Assembly: GCA_963805085.1 (NCBI GenBank)
Contig: CAWDTA010000005.1
Coordinates: 608,001 to 672,000, forward strand
Length of the DNA stretch: 64,000 nucleotides
Reading direction: 5' to 3'
Source of the DNA: an uncultured Veillonellaceae bacterium
GTDB taxonomy: Bacteria; Bacillota; Negativicutes; JARBTT01
Position numbers and translations under genes: made by a program. Below are positions 28,410-37,110 of the stretch, piece after piece (position 1 is the stretch's first letter; every line of letters starts with the position of its first letter). The notes beneath the pieces were generated by a model. It was given only the letters and a program-made list of their open reading frames with translations. It was not told the origin of the DNA and made no database searches.

Positions 28410-30890
28410 ATGAACGAAAGATATTCACCTCAAGAAATCGAAAGCAAATGGCAAGAAAAATGGCTGCAAGATGGTGCTTTTAAAACGGAATTGGACAGAA
28501 ATAAACCAGAATACTATGTACTTGAAATGTTTCCTTATCCATCCGGTAATTTACATATGGGACATGTTCGTAATTATTCCATCGGGGATGTCATTGCTCG
28601 TTATAAAGTAATGCAAGGCTATAATGTACTTCATCCGATGGGGTTTGATGCCTTTGGTATGCCAGCAGAGAATGCGGCGATCAAACATGGTGTACAACCT
28701 GCAGATTGGACGTTTTCCAATATCGAAAACATGAAACGCCAACAACGGGAAATTGGTTTATCTTATGATTGGGAACGGGAAGTTGCAACTTGCACACCAG
28801 AATACTATCGTTGGACACAATGGTTGTTCCTATTATTTTATGAACGTGGTTTAGCCTATAAGAAAAAAGCATCAGTAAACTGGTGTAATCAATGTAATAC
28901 TGTACTTGCCAATGAACAAGTAATTGATGGTCATTGCTGGCGGTGTGATTCTGACGTTATAAAAAAAGATCTGGAACAATGGTTCTTCAAAATTACAGAT
29001 TACGCAGATATTTTATTAGAAGATTTAAAAGAACTAAAAGGGTGGCCTGACCGCGTAAAAACAATGCAGGAAAACTGGATTGGTCGTAGCCAAGGTGCAG
29101 AATTTAGTTTTGATGTACCTGAAGTTGGGGAGAAAATTCCTGTTTATACAACTTGTCAACATACTGTATTTGGTGTGAGTTACGTTGTGCTTGCAGCTGA
29201 ACATCCATTAGTGGAAAAATTAATTGCAGGCAAAGACAACGCTGATGAAGTTCGTGCTTTTGTTGAAAGAGTTCGTAATCAAAGTGAGCTTGATCGTACA
29301 TCCAGTGAAACTGAAAAAGAAGGTATTTTTACTGGCACTTATGCCGTGAATCCGTTTAATGGAGAGCAAGTGCCAATCTGGATTGCAAACTATGTATTAT
29401 TTGAATATGGTACAGGCGCGGTTATGGGGGTTCCTACCCATGATGAACGCGACTGGGCGTTTGCGGATAAATATAATTTACCGAAAAAATTAGTTGTTAA
29501 CAATAAAGAAGGCAGTTTAGACCTTTCTACAATGACAGAAGCTTATACGGAAACTGGCGTTTTAGTGAACTCCGATCAATTCACTGGTATGGATACAGAA
29601 AAAGCGAAAATTGCAATTCTAGAATGGTTAGATGAAAAAGAGATTGGTCAAAAACGTGTGAATTATCGCCTACGTGATTGGTTGGTATCGCGTCAACGGT
29701 ATTGGGGCGCACCTATTCCAGTGATGTATTGTCCTAGATGTGGTGTCGTGCCAGTCGCGCAAGAAGACTTACCAGTTATGTTACCGAAAAATGTAGAATT
29801 TAAAGCTGGCGCAGTATCTCCACTTGCCCAAGTTGAAGAATTTGTAAACTGTACGTGTCCGAAATGTGGCGGTAAAGCACGTCGTGAAACAGATACGATG
29901 GATACTTTTATCTGTTCTTCTTGGTACTATATGCGCTATACTGATACTAAGAATGCAAAAGCACCATTTGATAGCGAAAAAGCAAACTATTGGATGCCAG
30001 TAGATCAATATATCGGTGGTATTGAGCATGCGATTCTTCACTTATTATATTCGCGCTTTTTTACCAAAGTGCTGAAAGATGCTGGACTAGTAAATTTCAA
30101 TGAACCATTTAAAAATTTATTAACGCAAGGCATGGTTATTAAAGATGGTTCTAAAATGTCTAAATCTAAGGGGAACGTTGTATCCCCAGAAGAAATCATC
30201 AGCAAATATGGCGCAGATACCGCTCGTTTATTTATCCTATTTGCCGCTCCACCAGAGCGTGACCTCGAATGGAGTGACCAAGGAGTAGAGGGTGCGTTCC
30301 GTTTCTTGGGCAGAGTATGGCGTATTATTCATCATTTCGTTGATGTCGTTGCCAAAGGTGAAGATAACTATGATATCAATGCGCTTACCAAGGAAGAAAA
30401 AGAATTGAGACGTATTCTTCATACTACGATTAAAAAAGTAACAGAAGATATCGGCAACAGATTTAACTTTAATACGGCAATCAGCTCGATTATGGAATTG
30501 GTTAATGCGTTCTATACGGCAAAAGATAAACGAGAAGAGTTAAATGCAGGTCTTGTTCGTGAAGTAGTCTCTGCATTATTAAAACTTCTTGCACCATTTG
30601 CGCCGCATATGACCGAGGAACTTTGGACTGAACTCTTTGGGCAAGGTAGTGTCCACAAAAGCAAATGGCCTGAATACAGCGCCGAAGCAATGGCTCTTGA
30701 CGAAGTAGAAGTTGTTCTTCAAGTGAATGGTAAAGTTCGTGAAAAAATTGTGGTAGCAACTAGTTTAACAGCAAAAGAATTAGAAATGGCAGCAATGGAA
30801 CAACCAAAAATAAAAGAATTTATTGAAGGTAAAACAATTGTAAAAGTAATTTGTGTGCCGAAAAAATTAGTTAATATTGTGGTAAAATAA
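28410..30890 (+). CDS. leuS: leucine--tRNA ligase
   Basis: [13 protein letters not shown] (HIGH), KMSKS; ATG after AAGGAGG; Leu T-box upstream. Confidence 0.98.
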   Translation: MNERYSPQEIESKWQEKWLQDGAFKTELDRNKPEYYVLEMFPYPSGNLHMGHVRNYSIGDVIARYKVMQGYNVLHPMGFDAFGMPAENAAIKHGVQPADWTFSNIENMKRQQREIGLSYDWEREVATCTPEYYRWTQWLFLLFYERGLAYKKKASVNWCNQCNTVLANEQVIDGHCWRCDSDVIKKDLEQWFFKITDYADILLEDLKELKGWPDRVKTMQENWIGRSQGAEFSFDVPEVGEKIPVYTTCQHTVFGVSYVVLAAEHPLVEKLIAGKDNADEVRAFVERVRNQSELDRTSSETEKEGIFTGTYAVNPFNGEQVPIWIANYVLFEYGTGAVMGVPTHDERDWAFADKYNLPKKLVVNNKEGSLDLSTMTEAYTETGVLVNSDQFTGMDTEKAKIAILEWLDEKEIGQKRVNYRLRDWLVSRQRYWGAPIPVMYCPRCGVVPVAQEDLPVMLPKNVEFKAGAVSPLAQVEEFVNCTCPKCGGKARRETDTMDTFICSSWYYMRYTDTKNAKAPFDSEKANYWMPVDQYIGGIEHAILHLLYSRFFTKVLKDAGLVNFNEPFKNLLTQGMVIKDGSKMSKSKGNVVSPEEIISKYGADTARLFILFAAPPERDLEWSDQGVEGAFRFLGRVWRIIHHFVDVVAKGEDNYDINALTKEEKELRRILHTTIKKVTEDIGNRFNFNTAISSIMELVNAFYTAKDKREELNAGLVREVVSALLKLLAPFAPHMTEELWTELFGQGSVHKSKWPEYSAEAMALDEVEVVLQVNGKVREKIVVATSLTAKELEMAAMEQPKIKEFIEGKTIVKVICVPKKLVNIVVK

Positions 30891-30905
30891 TATAGCGTAA
30901 GTTTT

Positions 30906-30938
30906 TTACGAAGCAGACCCAAGGGTTTGCTTCGTTTT
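30906..30938 (+). terminator. intrinsic terminator after leuS
   Basis: ACGAAGCAGACC-caag-GGTTTGCTTCGT plus T-run. Confidence 0.8.
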
Positions 30939-31042
30939 ATGCGTATCCTTAAAGTAGCAAGAGTTTTATTTTAGGGATTGTACAAATTTCTTTAGATTGT
31001 GTATTATAAAAGGTAGAGAGAGAAATTAAGGAGGCTTATCAA

Positions 31043-33031
31043 TTGAGTACAATAGACACAAAATCAGTAAATGCGATTCGAATCCTAGCTGCCGATGCAG
31101 TACAAAAAGCAAATTCAGGACATCCAGGATTACCTCTTGGCAGTGCAGCAATGGCCTATGAATTATGGGCAAAACACATGAAGCACAACCCTAAAAATCC
31201 AAAATGGGCCAACAGAGACCGTTTCGTTCTTTCTGGTGGTCATGGATCAACCCTTTTATATTCCCTACTACATTTATTCGGCTACGGTAACTTATCCGTA
31301 GAAGACTTAGCACAGTTTAGACAAGAAGGTTCCCTAACCCCAGGTCATCCAGAATACGGTCACACCGTTGGTATCGAAGCAACCACCGGCCCTCTAGGCG
31401 CAGGTATGGGCATGGCAGTCGGGATGGCAATGGCAGAAGCACATCTATCCGCTGTATTCAACAAACCAGAATATCCTGTAGTCGACCACTATACATACGC
31501 ATTGGGTGGCGATGGCTGCATGATGGAAGGTATTTCATCCGAAGCCTTCTCACTTGCCGGAACACTAGCATTAGATAAACTCATCGTACTATACGATAGC
31601 AATAAAATCTCCATCGAAGGCAGTACCGAACTTGCTTTCACCGAAGACGTAGGCAAAAGAATGGAAGCCTTCGGATTCCAAATCCTAACCGTAGAAGACG
31701 GTAACGACCTAGTCGAAATCGGTAAAGCAATTGAGGCCGCAAAAGCAGAAAAAACAAAACCATCCTTCATTATCGTCAATACACAAATCGGCTACGGCTG
31801 CCCAGCAAAACAAGGCAAAGCCAGCGCACATGGCGAACCACTAGGCGCTGACAACGTAACAGCACTTAAAGAAAACCTCGGTTGGGACAAACAAGATGCA
31901 TTCTACGTACCAGACGAAGTATATAAAAACTACAAACAAATTGCTGAACAAAATGCAAAAGTAGAAGAAGAATGGAATGCTCTATTTACAAACTACGCAA
32001 AAGCATATCCAGAGCAAAAACAATTATGGGACAAATACTATGCAGAGAACCCAGCAAAAGACCTAATCAACGATGAAGCTTTCTGGGCGTTCCCTGACAA
32101 AGCCGATGCTACCAGAAACCTATCTGGTATGGTCATCAACCGCATCAAAGATATTCTGCCAAACATCATCGGTGGTAGTGCAGACCTTGCACCATCGAAC
32201 AAAACCAACATGAAAGATGCAGGCGACTACTCCAAAGAAAACTACGCAGGCAGAAACATTCACTTTGGCGTAAGAGAACTATCAATGGCGGCTATCGGAA
32301 ATGGACTAGCCTTACATGGCGGACTAAAAGCTTTCGTAGCAACCTTCTTCGTATTTAGCGACTACGTAAAACCAATGGCAAGACTAAGTGCGCTTATGGG
32401 ATTACCATTAACTTTCGTACTAACACATGACAGTATCGGTGTAGGCGAAGACGGACCAACACACGAACCAATCGAACAACTCGCAATGCTAAGAGCAATG
32501 CCAAACTTCACCGTATTTAGACCAGCCGATGCAACCGAAACAATCGCAGGCTGGTACTATGCAATCACAAATCAAACAACACCAACAGGACTCGTACTAA
32601 CTAGACAAAACCTACCACAACTACAAGGTTCAAGCAAAGAAGCCTTAAAAGGTGGTTATATACTACAAGATGCAAATAAAGCACAGGCCGATGCCATTAT
32701 CATTGCAAGTGGTTCCGAAGTAGAACTAGCAGTCAATGCAAAAGCACAGCTAGCCAAAGAAAACATCGACGTAAGAGTCGTAAGTATGCCATCGATTGAT
32801 CTATTTGAAGAGCAGTCAGAGGCATACAAAGAAAGTGTATTACCAAAAGCGATCAGAGCCAGAGTAGCAGTAGAAGCAGGAGCAGACTTCGGCTGGGGTA
32901 AATACATTGGCCTCGATGGTAAAACAGTAACAATGCCAGGCTTCGGCGCATCCGCACCAGCAAGCATACTATTCAAAAAATTTGGTTTCACAACTGAAAA
33001 TGTTGTTAAGACAGTAAAAGAAGTATTATAA
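31043..33031 (+). CDS. tkt: transketolase
   Basis: ANSGHPG, TPGHPE, GDGCMMEG TPP motif, THDSIGVGEDGPTHEP; TTG after AAGGAGG; atypical codon usage. Confidence 0.97.
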   Translation: MSTIDTKSVNAIRILAADAVQKANSGHPGLPLGSAAMAYELWAKHMKHNPKNPKWANRDRFVLSGGHGSTLLYSLLHLFGYGNLSVEDLAQFRQEGSLTPGHPEYGHTVGIEATTGPLGAGMGMAVGMAMAEAHLSAVFNKPEYPVVDHYTYALGGDGCMMEGISSEAFSLAGTLALDKLIVLYDSNKISIEGSTELAFTEDVGKRMEAFGFQILTVEDGNDLVEIGKAIEAAKAEKTKPSFIIVNTQIGYGCPAKQGKASAHGEPLGADNVTALKENLGWDKQDAFYVPDEVYKNYKQIAEQNAKVEEEWNALFTNYAKAYPEQKQLWDKYYAENPAKDLINDEAFWAFPDKADATRNLSGMVINRIKDILPNIIGGSADLAPSNKTNMKDAGDYSKENYAGRNIHFGVRELSMAAIGNGLALHGGLKAFVATFFVFSDYVKPMARLSALMGLPLTFVLTHDSIGVGEDGPTHEPIEQLAMLRAMPNFTVFRPADATETIAGWYYAITNQTTPTGLVLTRQNLPQLQGSSKEALKGGYILQDANKAQADAIIIASGSEVELAVNAKAQLAKENIDVRVVSMPSIDLFEEQSEAYKESVLPKAIRARVAVEAGADFGWGKYIGLDGKTVTMPGFGASAPASILFKKFGFTTENVVKTVKEVL

Positions 33032-33137
33032 GAACGATAAAATGACAAAGGATGCTCCTTATGAGCATACCTAGGATTAGTTGATCCTGAAAATTAAAAA
33101 ATATTTTCAAGGAATAAAAGCAAATAAAACCCATAGC

Positions 33138-33185
33138 AAAAAAGCGAGGTCAACGGACGTAAAAAATCCGATGACCTCGCTTTTT
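33138..33185. terminator. bidirectional terminator-like hairpin at left edge of islet
   Basis: AAAAAAGCGAGGTCA-a-CGGA...TCCG-a-TGACCTCGCTTTTT. Confidence 0.75.
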
Positions 33186-33219
33186 CTATATAAAAAATCA
33201 TATTTCGCTTTATTTTTAC

Positions 33220-33247
33220 TTGCAATTCCTAAGAAATGGATTATACT
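33220..33247 (+). promoter_or_regulatory. sigmaA-type promoter of islet leader
   Basis: TTGCAA-16-TATACT. Confidence 0.65.
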
Positions 33248-33265
33248 AAGAAATAGGTGGAAATT

Positions 33266-33359
33266 AAAAAAGTCGCCGTGTCCTGAGAGTGTTGGACCAC
33301 TCCCAGGCACGAGCAGGTGAATGAGCACCTACACGTAACAGCTAGCTGTCTACGACGAC
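33266..33359 (-). ncRNA. putative ~94-nt cis-antisense RNA (counter-transcript)
   Basis: own TTGTAA-17-TATAAT promoter; three hairpins and an alternative 5'/3' closing stem GUCGUCGU/ACGGCGAC; ends in U6. Confidence 0.65.
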
Positions 33360-33364
33360 AATTT

Positions 33365-33393
33365 ATTATACCGTGCTTTTCCCTTGATTACAA
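33365..33393 (-). promoter_or_regulatory. sigmaA promoter for antisense RNA
   Basis: minus strand TTGTAA (33393-33388)-17-TATAAT (33370-33365). Confidence 0.75.
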
Positions 33394-33476
33394 GGGTGAT
33401 AGTCCGTTCGCTTGGTATAATACGATTGAAGTTTTAGCAGAAGGCTTAGCGTCTGCATGCAATCAAGATGAAGCAT

Positions 33477-33518
33477 AGCGCATGTGTAGGTTGAATAAAA
33501 CCTCGCATGTGCTTTTTT
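33477..33518 (+). terminator. conditional (attenuator) terminator in islet leader
   Basis: GCGCATGTG-t-AGGTT-gaataa-AACCT-CGCATGTGC-TTTTTT; 5' arm complementary to 33327-33336. Confidence 0.75.
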
Positions 33519-33611
33519 AATTTCTCCTGAAACAAACTGCATGTTGGTTTTTTCTATCTGCATCAGCGGATAGAAGAAACCTCATACAGAATGATGATGG
33601 AGGGATATAAA

Positions 33612-33767
33612 TTGGTAACAGTACAAGGTAGTAAAAAGCTGTGGGCAAGGTATCGCACCAGCATGTGGCGAGGAATCCTCCTCGCCACAACCAAGAGGAG
33701 AGGTTCGTTCTATTTACAAGGGACAAGATTTGTTTTCTTGGGAAATAGAGGTTCTGGAAATGTATAG
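33612..33767 (+). CDS. possible 51-aa basic small protein
   Basis: GGAGGG RBS then TTG; MVTVQGSKKLWARYRTSMWRGILLATTKRRGSFYLQGTRFVFLGNRGSGNV; stop overlaps next ATG (ATGTATAG). Confidence 0.4.
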   Translation: MVTVQGSKKLWARYRTSMWRGILLATTKRRGSFYLQGTRFVFLGNRGSGNV

Positions 33768-34092
33768 AACCTACAGAACAACGCAGGATACGATTATAGC
33801 TGCTCCGGCTACAGAACTAGAGAATGCTAAAATTACAGTTGAATTGATTACAGACTTGAATAGCAAAGAATATGCGCTGCTCAGACGGCAAGAGAAAATT
33901 GCGATATATGATCTGTCACTGATTGGTTATGTCACTGGAATAATTAACGGTTTTTCTTTTGAGGAGTATAGAGACATTACCTATGCGAGATTAGATAAGG
34001 AACTATTAGAGATGGGCATCAAACCCAAGAAGCGGAATTTTATGAGGTTTGATCGGAAATATTTCGTGGAAAAAGGCACAACTGGCAGCTAA
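33760..34092 (+). CDS. hypothetical protein (110 aa)
   Basis: ATG 33760 after GAGGT; no recognisable motif; followed by 20-bp hairpin. Confidence 0.7.
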   Translation: MYRTYRTTQDTIIAAPATELENAKITVELITDLNSKEYALLRRQEKIAIYDLSLIGYVTGIINGFSFEEYRDITYARLDKELLEMGIKPKKRNFMRFDRKYFVEKGTTGS

Positions 34093-34117
34093 TTGAATAG
34101 CTGCCAGTTGTGCCTTT
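34072..34117. terminator. 20-bp perfect hairpin, bidirectional terminator between islet ORF and GT9
   Basis: AAAGGCACAACTGGCAGCTA-attgaa-TAGCTGCCAGTTGTGCCTTT. Confidence 0.8.
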
Positions 34118-34191
34118 AAATATCAAATACCCTCTTTAGTGTGATCTAGTTTCTAGTGTTTATATGGCGCTGATTTCATCATGTCTTAGTT

Positions 34192-35238
34192 TTACTTGCT
34201 AAGTAGCGAATTAATTTTCTTGGCCACGGATTTAACAGGGATCGCTCGCATGCAATCATTTTTGCCAGTCGCGCATTTTGTTTTATGGCAGGTTACACAA
34301 CTATGGGTGCTTTGTACGACGATGTGATTAGGGACAAGTGGACCATATTGTTCAGGACTAGTTGGTCCCCATAAGCTGACTGTCGGTATTTGTAGAGCTG
34401 TTGCTATATGCAAAGCACCGGTATCACCAGTCAATAGTAGGTCAGTACGGTGGATTAAAGCAGCTAATTCTAATAAGGAAGTTTTGCCAACTGCATCAAA
34501 TAGAGGTTTATGGCAAAGCGAAGTGATTGTAGTTGCATCGGCTGTATCTTGGATGCTGCCACATAACAAAATTTGAATATTAGGTGCAAGCATGTCAATT
34601 AATCTTGCAAAATTTTCATTGCCCCAATTTTTGCTTAACCAGCTAGTCTTAGGATTGATCATTAATAATTTTTTTTGCGAATCAATATGATTCCTTTCTA
34701 AAAAATCATCGGCAAATTTATGTAGTTCAGCAGTTAGTTTTAGTGTCATTTGATGATCATTTGTCTGAATATGTAAGGGAGCCAAAACAGATAAATAACG
34801 TTTTATCACATGTGGAGAAGTTGGTGAAGGTGCTTGTTCGGTCATAAAAAAGCGATTGAGCTCACGAGTGTTTGCCATGCCAATGCGCCTTTGTGCTTTG
34901 CTATAAGCGGCAATCATACCACTTAAAAACAGACCATGGATATCTAAGACGATATCAAATTGGTTTTCTTTATAAAATGCTTTTAATTGTTGCCACAATT
35001 TCCGTAAAACTGCAAACTGACGTTTCTTTACAGCTTGATCAAATTCTTCGCGTGACCAGACGTACAGTTGATCAATATAGGGATTATTCATTAATAAACT
35101 TGCTGACATATTACTTACAATCCAAGTAATATGACAAGCTGGATATGCTTCTTTTAATGCTTTTGCTACTGGTGTCGCATGTAGGACATCGCCAATAGAG
35201 CTTAAACGGATAATTAAAATGCGTTGGTTATTTAACAT
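34192..35238 (-). CDS. glycosyltransferase family 9 (ADP-heptose:LPS heptosyltransferase-like)
   Basis: ILIIRLSSIGDV, GKTSLLELAALI, GDTGALHIATAL, LWGPT, Cys-rich C-terminus. Confidence 0.9.
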   Translation of the reverse strand: MLNNQRILIIRLSSIGDVLHATPVAKALKEAYPACHITWIVSNMSASLLMNNPYIDQLYVWSREEFDQAVKKRQFAVLRKLWQQLKAFYKENQFDIVLDIHGLFLSGMIAAYSKAQRRIGMANTRELNRFFMTEQAPSPTSPHVIKRYLSVLAPLHIQTNDHQMTLKLTAELHKFADDFLERNHIDSQKKLLMINPKTSWLSKNWGNENFARLIDMLAPNIQILLCGSIQDTADATTITSLCHKPLFDAVGKTSLLELAALIHRTDLLLTGDTGALHIATALQIPTVSLWGPTSPEQYGPLVPNHIVVQSTHSCVTCHKTKCATGKNDCMRAIPVKSVAKKINSLLSK

Positions 35239-35554
35239 CAATATGACCAAACTTTCTACAAAATTTATGAGTAATTTATTGTTATAATACGATTGGTTTT
35301 GTTAGCATTATTTGAGCTTTACTACAAAAATATACAATACCATTGATGATATCAAAAATGTAGAATAATATCAATGATATTGTAGAGGAAAAATACCTTT
35401 CTACTTTATATTTTACAACATAGTATTATGTTATATCCAGTTATACTAGGATGATTTATAAGCACTAAACTTTTACCATAGTAGATAATTTTAATCGGTA
35501 ATTTTATTTTTTTCTACACAATGTTACAATGGTACTAATGAATGGGAGGTTATA

Positions 35555-36412
35555 TTGATGAAAATCATTGATTTGCATATGCATTCTACCTTTACCGATG
35601 GAAGTTATACACCAATGGAATTGGTTGATTTAGCAAAAAGGGCTGGATTGTCTGCGATGGCGATTACGGATCATGATAATATGGCAGGTTTTAGCGAAGC
35701 AAAAGAATACGCTGACAAAAAGGAAATAAAACTCTTAACTGGTATGGAAATGAGCGTTCAGTATCGAGGTGAGAAACTTCATATCTTAGGTCTGGGTTTT
35801 GATGAAACAAATCCACTGTTTATCGAAGCGTATAAAAAGTTCCGCAAAGTAAAGGAAAGCTGTGTCGATGAACTACTGGAACGCTTAAAGTTACATAGTG
35901 TGCATTTAACAAGAGAAATGATTGCACCATATGCACTTGGTGCAATGGATCGTTATACTATCTTTCGTTATTTAGTTGCGCATAAAACACGAGAAGATGC
36001 GCAATATCTTTGGGATGATTATTTAAATCCAGCGATGAAAGGTCTCAATATTAATATTGCAGTAGAGGAAGCAATCTCGATTATCAAAGATGCAGGTGGT
36101 GTTACTTCTTTAGCGCATTGTCATAAATCGATTGGTTTAAAAGAGTATGCACAGCCAGAAAAAGAAGAGTGTATCAAAGAACTTTGTGAGATGGGACTAG
36201 ATGGTATCGAACAGCAGTATCCTGACTTTACAAAAGCTGATCAAGAATTTGTAGAGTATGTAAGGACAAAATATAATTTATTGCCAATAGGTGGTACGGA
36301 TTTTCATGGGATTTATCGACCTGGTCTAACGTTAGGGCGAGGTAAGGGGAATATGGCAGTTCCTTATGCTTGGTATCAAGCGATTTTAAATCGGTGTAAC
36401 AAGCTCGATTGA
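35555..36412 (+). CDS. PHP-domain phosphoesterase
   Basis: DLHMHSTFTDG, AITDHD, LHILG, LAH, GGTDFHG. Confidence 0.92.
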   Translation: MMKIIDLHMHSTFTDGSYTPMELVDLAKRAGLSAMAITDHDNMAGFSEAKEYADKKEIKLLTGMEMSVQYRGEKLHILGLGFDETNPLFIEAYKKFRKVKESCVDELLERLKLHSVHLTREMIAPYALGAMDRYTIFRYLVAHKTREDAQYLWDDYLNPAMKGLNINIAVEEAISIIKDAGGVTSLAHCHKSIGLKEYAQPEKEECIKELCEMGLDGIEQQYPDFTKADQEFVEYVRTKYNLLPIGGTDFHGIYRPGLTLGRGKGNMAVPYAWYQAILNRCNKLD

Positions 36413-36443
36413 GTGAGAATTTACAAATTTTTCTTTACAAGAA

Positions 36444-36470
36444 AAGGTAATTGTAAGATTATGGCGAATT
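36444..36470 (+). promoter_or_regulatory. sigmaH-type promoter upstream of comEA
   Basis: AAGGTAATT...GGCGAATT, 17 nt between AGGT and GAAT. Confidence 0.55.
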
Positions 36471-36504
36471 ATCTCCAATAAGTAATTTATTGGGGTGATT
36501 TGCT

Positions 36505-37110
36505 GTGACTCTTCATAAGCGGTCTCTACTTGTGTTTTTATTATTAGCGGCAGTGATCATGTTAGGCAGTATGTATGGTTTTTATGAGAAAGACAAGGTT
36601 ACAGAGTTAGATGAAGCCAATAAACTAGAACGTTCTTCAGGCGAAATGCTTACAGTATACGTGACAGGTGCAGTCAATAAACCGGGTGTGGTGAAAATCA
36701 AGGATGGTGCCAGAGTAATTGATGCAATAGAGGTCTGTGGTGGTGTGTTACCAACCGCGGATACTGCAAAAATCAATATGGCGCAATTGGTGAAAGATGG
36801 TGCTCAAGTCACCGTGCCAGAAAAGAATGTGGTGTTAATGCAGCAGACGCAGGCTAATTCGAAGGCAGAAGCTGCGAGAAATAATGGTGGCCAGGTAAAA
36901 ACAGGTAGTCATTCAGAGGAAAAAATCAATATCAATACAGCAGACCAAGCTGAACTAGATAAACTTCCGGGCGTGGGGCCGGCTACAGCAGCGACAATTA
37001 TTGAATATCGGCAAAAAGAAGGTCAGTTTCAGTCCATCGAGGATTTAAAAAAAGTGAGTGGGATCAGCGAGGCAAAATTCAAAAAAATTGCTGACCGTAT
37101 AAAGATTTAG
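36505..37110 (+). CDS. comEA: competence DNA-binding protein ComEA
   Basis: TM, SLBB domain (VTGAVNKPGV), ININTA and HhH LPGVGPA. Confidence 0.93.
   Translation: MTLHKRSLLVFLLLAAVIMLGSMYGFYEKDKVTELDEANKLERSSGEMLTVYVTGAVNKPGVVKIKDGARVIDAIEVCGGVLPTADTAKINMAQLVKDGAQVTVPEKNVVLMQQTQANSKAEAARNNGGQVKTGSHSEEKININTADQAELDKLPGVGPATAATIIEYRQKEGQFQSIEDLKKVSGISEAKFKKIADRIKI

Noticed and set aside
33266-33359. Possible tRNA or tRNA pseudogene
   Set aside because: Cloverleaf-like, but no D/T-loop consensus, no 7-nt anticodon loop and no CCA.
33081-33726. ORF-track ORFs 33081-33320(+), 33107-33328(-), 33366-33563(-), 33517-33726(-)
   Set aside because: They lack convincing RBSs and run across promoters, terminators and RNA hairpins; better explained as non-coding structure.
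33612-33767. Type I toxin (small hydrophobic peptide) interpretation
   Set aside because: The peptide is basic and lacks a transmembrane-length hydrophobic helix, and the antisense RNA does not overlap its RBS or 3' end.
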